A DNA stretch of 64,000 nt from an uncultured virus (IMG/VR IMGVR_UViG_3300046791_000665) (lineage: Duplodnaviria > Heunggongvirae > Uroviricota > Caudoviricetes). Positions 37,828 through 47,192 of this stretch are shown here, in pieces (the stretch's first letter is position 1; every line of letters begins with the position of its first letter). The stretch is taken from the IMG/VR virus record IMGVR_UViG_3300046791_000665; one strand, written 5' to 3'. The position numbers and the translations under genes are program-made. The notes under the pieces are model-generated. The model was not told the DNA's origin. It made no database searches and saw only the letters and a program-made list of their open reading frames with translations.

Positions 37828-38333
37828 TTGCGCACCAAAAAGTAGACGCCGAAACCCACCAGCGTCGCCGCCTTCACGGCCAGGGCCACCTGCCAGACGG
37901 GCACGCCGGCAGCAACTTCCGTCTGAGCGAGCGCCTTCAGCTTCGCGAGCACGCCCTCGCCCCCGGCCCCGGGCGTGACCGCCGGACCCATCGCCCCGGG
38001 CTGGCTCCAGCCCTGGGCCGGACGACCATCGGACGGCTTCTCCGGTGGAATGAGCGGTCTCGACGGCGCCGCGGGAGCGGAGACGCCGAGCGCCATGAGC
38101 ACGCCGTAGTCGATCACGCCTGACTGCTCTGCTCCCAGTACCTTCTGCATCGCCTTGATCGCCTGCGCTGTATCCGGACCGTAGGCACCGTCCACACCCT
38201 TCTTGAGGTGGAAGCCCTTCGCCTCGAGCGCCTTCTGTACGGCGAGCACCGTCGCGTAGTCGGTATACGTTGCTCCCGCCGTCGCCGTGGTGGCGCCGAG
38301 AATGTCGAGCCCCACTCTGTACGCCCGCATCAT
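37824..38333 (-). CDS. peptidoglycan-binding domain protein with C-terminal TM
   Basis: VQKALEAKGF..VDGAYGPDTAQAIKAMQ..GVID; YRVGLDILGA. Confidence 0.8.
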   Translation of the reverse strand: MMRAYRVGLDILGATTATAGATYTDYATVLAVQKALEAKGFHLKKGVDGAYGPDTAQAIKAMQKVLGAEQSGVIDYGVLMALGVSAPAAPSRPLIPPEKPSDGRPAQGWSQPGAMGPAVTPGAGGEGVLAKLKALAQTEVAAGVPVWQVALAVKAATLVGFGVYFLVRK

Positions 38334-38336
38334 TTC

Positions 38337-39287
38337 TTATACCTGCTCCTTCCCGAGGCCCGTCGCTGCTGCCGCCACGCCCGCCGCGACCGGCGTGCCG
38401 AGGAACGCGAGCACCGCCCAGCCCCACTTCGCCTTCACGAGGAGGGCAATGGTGGCGCCGAGCCCGAGGACACCGACGGCGCCGACGAGGGCGATCGGGA
38501 GGTAGGAGAGGGACTTCGCGGGCTTCTCCGTCGCCACGATCTGCGCCGCGAACTTCTTCGCGTCCGCGCTCGCGGACGGCGACTCGAGGACTGCCTTCGC
38601 CTGCTCGATCCGCTCGACGGTGTAGACCGGTCCCGCGGTCGCCGCCGTGCTTGACTTGCCGGAATCGACCCACGAACTGGAGAGCGGCCAGGGCGCCCCC
38701 TCGTTCAGGCTCGTCCGATCGGTGGTGACGAGCTTCTTGGACACTTCAACGACCGGCGCCACGTCAGCTGCCGCGATCCAGTAGTCGGTGCCGCCGACGT
38801 TCGCCTGCACGCGACGACGACCGTTCTGAACGTCGTCCGTACCGAAGATCTTTTTGCCGGACTTCCACACCGATCCCGTCGTCGTCTTCGAATCGGCATA
38901 GACGGTCGAATCGCGAAGCAGCGTGTACACCATTGCAGCCTCGGCGCCGAGGATGTCGAGTCCGTGCGCGTACGACCTCGACAACGCACCGAGCATCGTC
39001 GTGCTGCGCACACCGTTCTTGACGGTGAGCGACTGGAGCCCGGTGAAGTCGCGCTTCGTCCCGTCCTTCAGGTACACGGTGACGGTCGTCGGCCAGTCGT
39101 ACATGTTCGCGTGCCCGATCGTCGAATACCAGTACTTCCCGCCGCGCACCACGACCTTCGACACCGACGGAAACACCGTCGAGGCGAGGTTCTTCGGCGA
39201 GGCGATGACGCTGTCGGGCGTCATGATGACGTCCGCGAAATTCGCCATGCGTCTCATCTGGGGCGTGACCGTCTTGAAGATCGGCAT
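38337..39287 (-). CDS. putative virion membrane protein with SH3-like domain
   Basis: YAHGLDILGAE; beta-rich segment ending YWIAAADV; two C-terminal TMs. Confidence 0.6.
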   Translation of the reverse strand: MPIFKTVTPQMRRMANFADVIMTPDSVIASPKNLASTVFPSVSKVVVRGGKYWYSTIGHANMYDWPTTVTVYLKDGTKRDFTGLQSLTVKNGVRSTTMLGALSRSYAHGLDILGAEAAMVYTLLRDSTVYADSKTTTGSVWKSGKKIFGTDDVQNGRRRVQANVGGTDYWIAAADVAPVVEVSKKLVTTDRTSLNEGAPWPLSSSWVDSGKSSTAATAGPVYTVERIEQAKAVLESPSASADAKKFAAQIVATEKPAKSLSYLPIALVGAVGVLGLGATIALLVKAKWGWAVLAFLGTPVAAGVAAAATGLGKEQV

Positions 39288-39330
39288 TGCTCTCGCTCCT
39301 TGTGCCTATCCCTTACAGCTACTTCAGCGA

Positions 39331-39819
39331 CTACTTCTTGATCCCCGCCTTGATCTTCTCCCACGCCTCCTGCGCCCCCGAGCCCGGCACAAAGGAGGTG
39401 ACGACGGCGCCGACCACGACACCACCGAGCCAGCCGACCACCGGGTGGGCCGGGTAGAGCAGCGCGCCGCCGATGCCGGCCGCCTCGACGCCGAGACCGC
39501 AGAGCGCGCGAGTGCGCTCGGCCGGGCCGCCGCGCACGATCGGGTAGACGTTCGACGCGAGGGCGTGCCCAGCTAACGCTCCGAGAACCCTATGATTTTT
39601 CCACGCCACCGCGCCGATCGCGGCGCCGACGAGGCCGGGAGCGAGCCCGAGCGCCGCGTGGGCAGCCGACTCGCGCACCTGCGGCTTCGGCTCGAGCTTG
39701 GCGAGCGCCTTCGGCGTACTCTCCTGCGGAGGCGGCGCCAGCGCGGCGAGAATATCCGACGCGCGACGCGCCCCGTTGAGGCTGGGTGCGATGTTTCCGA
39801 GAACGTGAGTGTAGCTCAT
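39331..39819 (-). CDS. multi-TM Gly/Ala-rich membrane protein
   Basis: Several GxxxG helices. Confidence 0.65.
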   Translation of the reverse strand: MSYTHVLGNIAPSLNGARRASDILAALAPPPQESTPKALAKLEPKPQVRESAAHAALGLAPGLVGAAIGAVAWKNHRVLGALAGHALASNVYPIVRGGPAERTRALCGLGVEAAGIGGALLYPAHPVVGWLGGVVVGAVVTSFVPGSGAQEAWEKIKAGIKK

Positions 39820-40403
39820 TACGAGGGCCTCCGCGTTGCGAGTTTATAGATGAGAGCGGCGAGTCCGCCGACCCCGAGAACGATTCCACCGCCGACGAGG
39901 ATCTGCTTGGTCGAGATCCCGCCCTGCGGCATCTGCTGCACCTGCGCACCCGGCACGATCGCCGGCTGCCCGAAACCGGGACGGTAGAACGCCGCGCGCT
40001 CTTCGGCCGCGCGTGCGTCCGCATCAAGCATCGTCGCGAGATCCGCCTTCCTCTGCGCGTCCTTGTGGAGCGTCCCCTTCGGATCCTTCTCCGTCGCATC
40101 CGCCTTCGTCTTCGCGGCGCGCGCGTCGACGGCGGCGAACGTCGCCTTCTTGCGCGCCTCCTGCGCGGCCTTGACCGCGGCGTCGCCCTCCTTGTTCGCC
40201 TCTTTGTCGGCGGCGGACTTCTTCGCCGCCTCATCCTTGGCCTGCTGCTCCTGCAGCAAGCCGCCGGCACCCTTCGCCAGTTCGGAGAACATGGAGGCGT
40301 AGAGCGGCGCGTTCGACTGCGTCTGCGCCTCTTCACCCGAGAGCGCGTCGAGCCCCTGCGCGTATTCCTTCCACGCCAACTTGTGCCTGCGAATCGAACT
40401 CAC
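39819..40403 (-). CDS. coiled-coil protein with C-terminal TM (paralog of next gene)
   Basis: YAQGLDALSGE, SMFSELAKG. Confidence 0.7.
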   Translation of the reverse strand: MSSIRRHKLAWKEYAQGLDALSGEEAQTQSNAPLYASMFSELAKGAGGLLQEQQAKDEAAKKSAADKEANKEGDAAVKAAQEARKKATFAAVDARAAKTKADATEKDPKGTLHKDAQRKADLATMLDADARAAEERAAFYRPGFGQPAIVPGAQVQQMPQGGISTKQILVGGGIVLGVGGLAALIYKLATRRPS

Positions 40404-40990
40404 GTGGACCTCCTGGACGAAAAGAGCTTGTAGAGGATCGCGGCGAGACCGCCGATCCCGAGGACGACTCCGCCCCCGATGAGGGCGTTCCTCGCGGTGA
40501 AGATCCCGCCCTCCCGCACCATCGCCGGAACGCTCTGCCCGCTCGGCAGCGACGTCTGGGGCGCGAGCCCTGCCTTCATCTCAAACCCGCGCGCATCGGC
40601 GTCGTAGAGCGCCGCGATCCGCGCCGCCTCGGCCGCCTCCTTGTGCAGCGGACCGCTCGGATCCTGCTCCGTCAGCGCCTTCAGGCGCGCAACCTCGGCC
40701 TCGGTTGCCTTGTTGTTGGCGTTCTGCCGCGCCGACTTCGCCTTGTTGACCGTCTCCTCCTGCGCCTTGCGCACCGGCTCATCCTTCTTGGCCTTCTCGG
40801 CGGCAGCGGTCTGCGCCTGCTTCCGCGCCACCGTCTCGCCCACGCCCTTCGCGAGTTCGGAGAACATGCTGGTGGCGATCGGGATGGTGTCGTCACCCTC
40901 GATGTTGTCTTCGTCCTCGCCCTCGCCCGAGAGCGCGTCGAGTCCCTGCGCGTACTTGAATGAGAGCTTGTGCGTTCTCATCGATCCCAT
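40400..40990 (-). CDS. coiled-coil protein with C-terminal TM (paralog of previous gene)
   Basis: YAQGLDALSGE, SMFSELAKG. Confidence 0.7.
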   Translation of the reverse strand: MGSMRTHKLSFKYAQGLDALSGEGEDEDNIEGDDTIPIATSMFSELAKGVGETVARKQAQTAAAEKAKKDEPVRKAQEETVNKAKSARQNANNKATEAEVARLKALTEQDPSGPLHKEAAEAARIAALYDADARGFEMKAGLAPQTSLPSGQSVPAMVREGGIFTARNALIGGGVVLGIGGLAAILYKLFSSRRST

Positions 40991-40995
40991 GTGCT

Positions 40996-41328
40996 CTACC
41001 TCTTTCTCACGATCAGGTATGTCGTCAGCCCCGCCGCCCCGAGCCCGACCACGCCGAGCACGCCGTACAAGATCATCCTCGTGCGCGCCGCGTCAGCCTC
41101 CGCCTTCGCCCGCTCCTGCCGCGCGCGCTCCTGCGCGATCAACTGCTCGGCCGTCGGACGCTGCTGCGCCTGCGCCGCCTGACCGCCCTGTCCCGCGGCT
41201 CCAGCAAGCTTTGAAATAGTATTAAGGTACGGCACGAAATCGCCGATGTTCAGACCCTCGCCCGCGAGCGCGTCGAGACCATCGGCATATTTGCGAATGA
41301 GGCGGTGCCTGCGGAGCGCGTTCATCAC
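40996..41328 (-). CDS. small protein with C-terminal TM
   Basis: YADGLDALAGE. Confidence 0.65.
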   Translation of the reverse strand: MMNALRRHRLIRKYADGLDALAGEGLNIGDFVPYLNTISKLAGAAGQGGQAAQAQQRPTAEQLIAQERARQERAKAEADAARTRMILYGVLGVVGLGAAGLTTYLIVRKR

Positions 41329-41768
41329 GCCACCCTCTTCTTTCTCAAGAAATTCCAGACCAGCATCGCGACGAGACCGCCCGTCGCTGTGACCGCCACC
41401 GTGGTGAGGATAGTACGCTCTCCGTTCAGCGGCTGCCAGTTCGCGGGCTCGACCACCGCGACGGCGGCGTCCACGCCCTCCTTCTTCATCGCGTCGCTGA
41501 TCTTGCTCCTGATCGTATCGAGCACCTTGTTCTCGATCGTCTCCGGCGCGAGCGCCGCCGCGAGCGACGCGGCGAGTCCCTGCTTCTGCGCAAGCTGCGT
41601 CGCGTTTCGCACCTGAACGATCACCGCGCGGTGGCTGACGGCAGACGCCGCCTGCTCGGGCGTGAGCCCGGTGCTGCTCCCGCGGGAGGTCGCGGCGCCC
41701 GGCGAAAGCTCGGCGCCGAGCACGTACAGCCCGTTCATGTACGCGGAACTATTGATGTTTTTAGCCAC
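41325..41768 (-). CDS. protein with C-terminal TM
   Basis: YMNGLYVLGAE. Confidence 0.65.
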   Translation of the reverse strand: MAKNINSSAYMNGLYVLGAELSPGAATSRGSSTGLTPEQAASAVSHRAVIVQVRNATQLAQKQGLAASLAAALAPETIENKVLDTIRSKISDAMKKEGVDAAVAVVEPANWQPLNGERTILTTVAVTATGGLVAMLVWNFLRKKRVA

Positions 41769-41780
41769 TTAAAAAGACCC

Positions 41781-41809
41781 TTGACAGTGATATCGATGTG
41801 ATATACACT
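41781..41809 (+). promoter_or_regulatory. sigma70-type promoter TTGACA-17-TACACT with internal GTGATAT direct repeat
   Basis: TTGACAgtgatatcgatgtgataTACACT; ATG follows 7 nt downstream. Confidence 0.8.
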
Positions 41810-41816
41810 GTCTCCC

Positions 41817-41954
41817 ATGATGATTCGCTTCCTCGTCGGACTGCCAGAGCCGACTCTCGCGTGGTTGCGAGAGGAGTCCGCCCGCCTCGAGATCCCCATC
41901 TCGGAGTTGATTCGGCGTATCCTTGACGAGAAACGCGAACCCAAGCCCCGCTGA
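41817..41954 (+). CDS. CopG/RHH-like regulator (45 aa, not in ORF track)
   Basis: MMIRFLVGLPEPTLAWLREESARLEIPISELIRRILDEKREPKPR. Confidence 0.75.
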   Translation: MMIRFLVGLPEPTLAWLREESARLEIPISELIRRILDEKREPKPR

Positions 41955-41966
41955 AAAGGAGCCTCC

Positions 41967-42188
41967 ATGCGCACCGTCATCCTCGCCCTGTTCGCCGTCG
42001 TGCTCACCGCCTGCAACATGCAGCAGCCGCTGCCATCGCCACCCGACCTCATCCGAAACATCGTCGACGCGGGGGGTAACGACCTCGACAACGTCGCCCC
42101 TGCCGACCTCGGCTGCACGAACATCGGTGGTCTGTGCTGTCACTTCACCGACACATGGCACTGCGACCAGCCCGATTACGCAAACTAA
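41967..42188 (+). CDS. small lipoprotein
   Basis: AAGGAG RBS; VLTAC lipobox; Cys-rich C-terminus. Confidence 0.7.
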   Translation: MRTVILALFAVVLTACNMQQPLPSPPDLIRNIVDAGGNDLDNVAPADLGCTNIGGLCCHFTDTWHCDQPDYAN

Positions 42189-42193
42189 TCTTT

Positions 42194-43231
42194 TCATAGC
42201 GCCAGTCCGAAAACCAACCGGCCCGTGATACCGGCGCCGCCCGTGACGATATCCACGAGCACGGCGTCGTCGGGCAAGCGCGTGGGGATGTACGTCGACG
42301 TCGAGTTGGCCGCGAGCGTCACCGACGCAATCACGGTACCCGTTGCCAACTTGAAATCGAGTCTGCACGCCGCGTCGAGGGGGCGGAGGAAGGTGAGATC
42401 CTTCGCCCAAGCGGGGATCTGGAAATTGGTCTGCACGTTCGTGTCGTCGACGTACACCGTCCGATAGGTCGGCTGTCCGGGGCGGGGGGCGCCATAGAAG
42501 CCCATGGACCCGGAAAGCTTCATGGTGCCGTTGAAGTCGGTCCCCGTCGCTCCGTCCATTCCGACCTGCACGTGGACGAACGACGCATTCACCACCAGCT
42601 GAATTCCGCGATACAGATCGACATCAGCCTCGTTCAACCAGCCCGCCGAACCCCACCGAACGCGTGCGAACGGTCGAAACGAGATCTGGAGACCGCCGCC
42701 GGGAGATGCCGTCTGCAGGATCTGCTGCACCGGGGAGACGGAGATCGTCACGGGCAAGGCGTCCGCCGGGTGTTCACCGTTCCACCGGAGAACGTCTTTC
42801 GGATTTTCACCCGACGTGCATTCTTGAATATTTCCGAGGATGGATCCGCCGCTCATTGCAGAAGCGGGATTGATGCGTCGATAGGGCGCGAGGCGAGCGA
42901 GCGCATCGCGCCGATCTTTTGCGATCGCAGCCTTCTGCTCCAACTGGTCGATCTGCGGCATCGCCTGCATGATGTTGTGTGCGCGATCCAACTCGTCCTG
43001 CCCCGCCCGATCCATCTCCTCGACGACCTGCCTCTTGACCGTGACGTCCTGCACGGGGACCTCGTGGATCACGTCCTCGTTGCGAGCCATGCCGCGGCGC
43101 CGCGCGCTGAAATCGTCGTCATTGTCGCCGTCCGTGCCGCCGTCATCGCCCAGCAGCGCGAGGGCGTTCCTCCGCCGCTCGATGGCACCCAGTTCCTCGT
43201 CGTCGAAATCCCAGTCGCTCATTAAAGCCAC
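42194..43231 (-). CDS. putative structural protein with beta-rich C-terminus (minor capsid/penton candidate)
   Basis: Acidic N-terminus followed by many predicted beta strands. Confidence 0.45.
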   Translation of the reverse strand: MALMSDWDFDDEELGAIERRRNALALLGDDGGTDGDNDDDFSARRRGMARNEDVIHEVPVQDVTVKRQVVEEMDRAGQDELDRAHNIMQAMPQIDQLEQKAAIAKDRRDALARLAPYRRINPASAMSGGSILGNIQECTSGENPKDVLRWNGEHPADALPVTISVSPVQQILQTASPGGGLQISFRPFARVRWGSAGWLNEADVDLYRGIQLVVNASFVHVQVGMDGATGTDFNGTMKLSGSMGFYGAPRPGQPTYRTVYVDDTNVQTNFQIPAWAKDLTFLRPLDAACRLDFKLATGTVIASVTLAANSTSTYIPTRLPDDAVLVDIVTGGAGITGRLVFGLAL

Positions 43232-44367
43232 ATGCTCATCAGCGAGTACCGCTGCGCCAGGGTCTGCTTCTTCTGCTTCGCCGCCTTCTCCACCCGTCCC
43301 TGCGCGAGCCTCTTCGTCGATTCGGCCAGGAGCGGAGCCGCAACCTTCTTGCCGAGCGGCGTCTTCGCCGCCGAACGCATCTTCGACATCTCCTTCTTCG
43401 CCAGCGGATCGCCCTGGTCCGCGCGCTGCTCCGTGTACATGAGCGCGGCCAGCGGCGCCGTCGACTCGCTCGTGCCCGGGCTCGCAAGCAAGAGCGGCTC
43501 GTCACCGTCCTCCATCCCGCACACGTCCATCCGGCGACGCGCGGCCAGGGCCGCCCCGGCGACGTCGCGCACGAGTTTCTTCCCGCACGCGACATCAGCG
43601 AGATCGCGGGCGGCGCCGAGCACGGTGACGGGGTGGACACCCGCTCCCATCGCCCAGCCCACGATTTCGCTCTCGTTCACGCGCGGGCGTGCCGCCATCG
43701 TCGCGATGCGCGAGGAGCCGTCCGGCACCGAGAACCGCATCGAGCAGATGATCGAATCGCCGTTGCGCCAGCACTTCACCTTGCCCTGCGACTCCGCCGG
43801 GAGATCGAGCGGCACCTCGTCCATCGCGCGAATCGCTTCGCCTGTCGTCTTCGCGAGGTGGAGATCCTTCACGGCCTGCACCGCACCCAGCACCTCATCC
43901 CAGACCCGGATCCGCTGCGGCTTCTTGCGGTAGCCCGGGTGCTTCTCCGTCGAGTGCTCGTCGATGTGCCCCTCGAGCGCGCCGCGCAACTCCCGCACGC
44001 GCCGATCGAGTTCCCTGACCGCGGACTCGCACACCATCTCGCCGAAGGTAGGATCGGTATCGACGCGCAGCGCCCGACTCTTCGGCTCATTCGCCATGAA
44101 GTGGCGAAGTGCCGTCTTGAACACCGGAAAGGTCTCCTCGGCAGGCGGCTCGAACGGGACCGCCTCGACATCTTCATCGCCTGCGAACACCTCGGCCTCC
44201 TCGTCGTTCTGATCGATCATCTCTCCCTCGGTGCGCGGGAGAAAATCGAACTCGTTGTCCTGGTCCCCGCCGCCACCCTCGGTCATGCGCCCGATGATGT
44301 GCGACACGTCCATCTCACCCTCGGGACTCGAGGCGAGGATGAGCGGGAGATCGGTTTCAGCGGACAT
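43222..44367 (-). CDS. hypothetical protein in virion module
   Basis: Long GC3-biased ORF with GGAG RBS. Confidence 0.65.
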   Translation of the reverse strand: MSAETDLPLILASSPEGEMDVSHIIGRMTEGGGGDQDNEFDFLPRTEGEMIDQNDEEAEVFAGDEDVEAVPFEPPAEETFPVFKTALRHFMANEPKSRALRVDTDPTFGEMVCESAVRELDRRVRELRGALEGHIDEHSTEKHPGYRKKPQRIRVWDEVLGAVQAVKDLHLAKTTGEAIRAMDEVPLDLPAESQGKVKCWRNGDSIICSMRFSVPDGSSRIATMAARPRVNESEIVGWAMGAGVHPVTVLGAARDLADVACGKKLVRDVAGAALAARRRMDVCGMEDGDEPLLLASPGTSESTAPLAALMYTEQRADQGDPLAKKEMSKMRSAAKTPLGKKVAAPLLAESTKRLAQGRVEKAAKQKKQTLAQRYSLMSMWL

Positions 44368-44378
44368 CGTCGTCTCCT

Positions 44379-44708
44379 TTACTGCTGTTCAAACCCGAGA
44401 GAAAACAAATTCATATCGAAAATGAAAAAATTCTGTTTCGTTCGCACAGCGCTTTCCTGCGTTGCCCCCCGGATTTCCGACGTGGTTCCGTCTGCCTTCT
44501 GCACGAACTGCGGCACCGTGTTCGGGGAGAGCGCCAACGGCTCGAACGTCGTATTGTTGCCGTTCCTGTCCCACGGCGTCCCGACGATCACGGGCCCCTG
44601 CGCAGCGGGTGGCGGGATCGCAACCCTGCCCTCGGTCGGCGCGGGCTGCGCGGGCCAGATCTGGATTCGCGGCGGAGGCGTGTAGTCTGGAGAAAATGCC
44701 ATCGTCAT
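44379..44708 (-). CDS. Pro-rich hypothetical protein
   Basis: AGGAGG RBS. Confidence 0.55.
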   Translation of the reverse strand: MTMAFSPDYTPPPRIQIWPAQPAPTEGRVAIPPPAAQGPVIVGTPWDRNGNNTTFEPLALSPNTVPQFVQKADGTTSEIRGATQESAVRTKQNFFIFDMNLFSLGFEQQ

Positions 44709-44713
44709 CCTCC

Positions 44714-45337
44714 TTAGAAGAGCCCCGAGACCCTATCGTACGCTTCCTGCGTCGCCTTGAACCGATCTCCCGACGCCCACATCTTCAAGCCGCCAGGACC
44801 CGCCTTGTGCAAGATCGCCAGGGCTCCCGAGGTCGACATCGCCGGATCCTTCTTGATCTCTCCCGCCGACATCTTCTTCGTGTAGTCCTGCATCGATCGA
44901 GCAAACACCTTCCGCTGCGCTTCCGGGCTCTTCAAGAAGCCATCGCACGTCATCGGCGGCACGAACACGGCCAGCCACACCGTCTTGCCGGACTTCTTGC
45001 CGCGCTTGAGCTTCTTCACGATGCCGAGATCCTCGAGCCTGCGCGGCGTCATCTCGAACATCCCGAGCGTATTCGCGTCCGAGACCGCATCGTGAGGTGC
45101 GGTCGCCATGCACCGAACGAAACTCGTCCAAGCTTCATCGGACACGCCGGGCAGCGCGCTCTTGAGACACGCCTCCTCGCCATCGTCGAGGAGCGAGTCG
45201 CCACGCGCCACGAGGTAGTCGTCGCCACGAGCGGGCTCTTCTTCCCGCACCGGGTGCACGAACGACTCCTCCGCGATGCCCTCGTCGTAGCCGAAGACCT
45301 CGTCGAAGATGCGGCTATAGCGCTTGGCGAAGCTCAC
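44714..45337 (-). CDS. lysozyme/lytic-transglycosylase-like protein
   Basis: TLGMFEM...LEDLG, FLKSPEAQ, GALAILHKAGPGG. Confidence 0.45.
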   Translation of the reverse strand: MSFAKRYSRIFDEVFGYDEGIAEESFVHPVREEEPARGDDYLVARGDSLLDDGEEACLKSALPGVSDEAWTSFVRCMATAPHDAVSDANTLGMFEMTPRRLEDLGIVKKLKRGKKSGKTVWLAVFVPPMTCDGFLKSPEAQRKVFARSMQDYTKKMSAGEIKKDPAMSTSGALAILHKAGPGGLKMWASGDRFKATQEAYDRVSGLF

Positions 45338-46371
45338 GGCGATGCGAGCCTCCTACGCAGCGCGAGCCTGACCAGCGCCTCGTCGAGGTCGTCGTCGCTG
45401 TCGTCGACCACGACCGGGTAATCGTAGTCGTAGTAGCCCGGCCACCAGCCGCCACCGCCCCAGCCGCCACGGAAGCCCCGGCCGCCGTGACCGCCGTGTC
45501 CACCATGGTGCCCTCCGTGCGGAGCGCCATCGAACCGATCCTCGCGATCTTCGTAGTCCATCTCGTCCGGATCTCGCATCCGGGTGTTGAAGAGCGGACC
45601 GCCCTGCGTCGGCAGGTTCGGGTAGCGCGGATCGGCGTAGAACGCCTGGGGGCGCGTCGGCGACCAGTCGGCGTAGGCTTCGTCCGTCTGGAACGGGATG
45701 GAGTACTGGAACTGGCTGAAGTCCTGCGGCGTCGTGACCGTGATGCCGCCGCCGAGCACCGTCGTCTTGCGGAGCCCGGCGATGAACTCGCCCATGCGCT
45801 CGCCGAGTTTCTGGCGCTCGTGCTCGCGATCCGCATCGCGCTCCGCCCCGCCCATGCCCATGAGCAGCGACGGATCCTCGCTCGAGCCGTCCTCGTGCAT
45901 CACGATCACGTGATAGGTCATCCCGCCGTCGGGGCGGCGACGCCAGACGATGCAGGGTGCTGCATCGAAGCCGAGTTCACACAGTTCGGCGGCACGCCAC
46001 GCCGCGAGATTGTCGCAATCACCGCCGTTATTCTCAATGATTCTCGGTATTTCCCTGAAGTGCTCACCGCCGCCCAGTTGTTCGATCATCCCTTCGGCAG
46101 CGGCCATGATCTCGGCCGGTGCCCCCTTCTTCTTCAGGTACGCGCGCAGCAGCGCAGCCTCGGGGATCTCCGCGCGCTCGAACTGCTCCGGCAGCTTGTA
46201 CTTCACACCGCTCTGGTAGAGGAGTGGCGTTCCGGGATTCTCCCGGAGGTAGAGACGGTTGCAGTTCGTAAGGGCCTGAAGGAGCCAGAGCACGCGCTTC
46301 TGGCTGCTCGCGCGATCGCTCTCGTCACGAAACAGATCCATGTCGAACAGGATGTTGCGGAGCGACATCAA
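45334..46371 (-). CDS. transglutaminase-like (papain-fold) cysteine protease
   Basis: GDCDNLA (Cys), TYHVIV (His) and EDPS (Asp) in catalytic order. Confidence 0.7.
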   Translation of the reverse strand: MMSLRNILFDMDLFRDESDRASSQKRVLWLLQALTNCNRLYLRENPGTPLLYQSGVKYKLPEQFERAEIPEAALLRAYLKKKGAPAEIMAAAEGMIEQLGGGEHFREIPRIIENNGGDCDNLAAWRAAELCELGFDAAPCIVWRRRPDGGMTYHVIVMHEDGSSEDPSLLMGMGGAERDADREHERQKLGERMGEFIAGLRKTTVLGGGITVTTPQDFSQFQYSIPFQTDEAYADWSPTRPQAFYADPRYPNLPTQGGPLFNTRMRDPDEMDYEDREDRFDGAPHGGHHGGHGGHGGRGFRGGWGGGGWWPGYYDYDYPVVVDDSDDDLDEALVRLALRRRLASP

Positions 46372-46420
46372 CCGACCTCCATCGTGCTTGCCACCGTGTT
46401 ACCGTCCCCGCAATTTTCTC

Positions 46421-46464
46421 CAAAAAAGAACGAGCCGCGTCCCCATTTCTGAGGACGCGGCTCG
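46421..46464 (-). terminator. rho-independent terminator after the candidate capsid gene
   Basis: 12-bp stem CGAGCCGCGTCC/GGACGCGGCTCG followed on minus strand by TTCTTTTTT. Confidence 0.8.
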
Positions 46465-46502
46465 CGGTTCTTGCTCTTGCTACTCGAGCCGCGCGCCCAG
46501 AA

Positions 46503-47084
46503 CTACTGGACGATGTGGCCGATGACCGACATCGACCACGTGAGGGTCGCGGCGGTCGTGTTCTGGATCTGGAAGGTCACGAACAGCGCGGGATCGCAGG
46601 TGTCGAGCATCTGCTCGTTGTCCAGCACGGTCCCGGCGTAGGTGCTCACCGCGATCGGGTTCTGGAAGGTCGGCAGCTGCGACTTGTTGCCGACGAACAG
46701 GCCCTGGATGAAGAGTCCGGTCGAGTCGCCCGTGTTGATGAGCTTCTCGCCGCGGAACAGCACCTGCGGCTGCGCCTGGACGGTCACCGTGGTGGCCGGG
46801 GGGATCGCGGTCGGCCCGAAGCCGATGGTCCAGCGGCGCTTCTTGGTCGGCTGGATGCGCTGCACGATCGGCGCCCGCTTCGCGAGCTTCTGCGCGAGCG
46901 CGGTCTGGAACGCCGCGCCGCCCTTGATCTTCTCCGAAGCGGCCTGGAGCAGCCCCAGGATCTCCTCGTGGCCGAGGATCTCCTCGTGCCCGACCATGGT
47001 GCCCTCTTCCTCGTCGCGCGAACGGCCCTGGAGCCCGTGAATCATGATGTCGTCCATTTGTAGATCTCTCCTGTCAACGCTCAC
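46503..47084 (-). CDS. candidate single jelly-roll major capsid protein
   Basis: ~110-aa all-beta C-terminus (TVQAQPQVLFRGEKL, VGNKSQL, FQIQN); very high GC3; followed by a terminator; N-terminal GHEEILG x2. Confidence 0.5.
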   Translation of the reverse strand: MSVDRRDLQMDDIMIHGLQGRSRDEEEGTMVGHEEILGHEEILGLLQAASEKIKGGAAFQTALAQKLAKRAPIVQRIQPTKKRRWTIGFGPTAIPPATTVTVQAQPQVLFRGEKLINTGDSTGLFIQGLFVGNKSQLPTFQNPIAVSTYAGTVLDNEQMLDTCDPALFVTFQIQNTTAATLTWSMSVIGHIVQ

Positions 47085-47192
47085 CGCAAGCGGTGCGCGC
47101 CTGATTTTTCTCGACGACCGGTCGGACGCATTCGCGCCGCCGGGTCCTTCCTCACCGAGCGCTCAACGGCGCCCGGCGTTTGCCTCGTCGCC

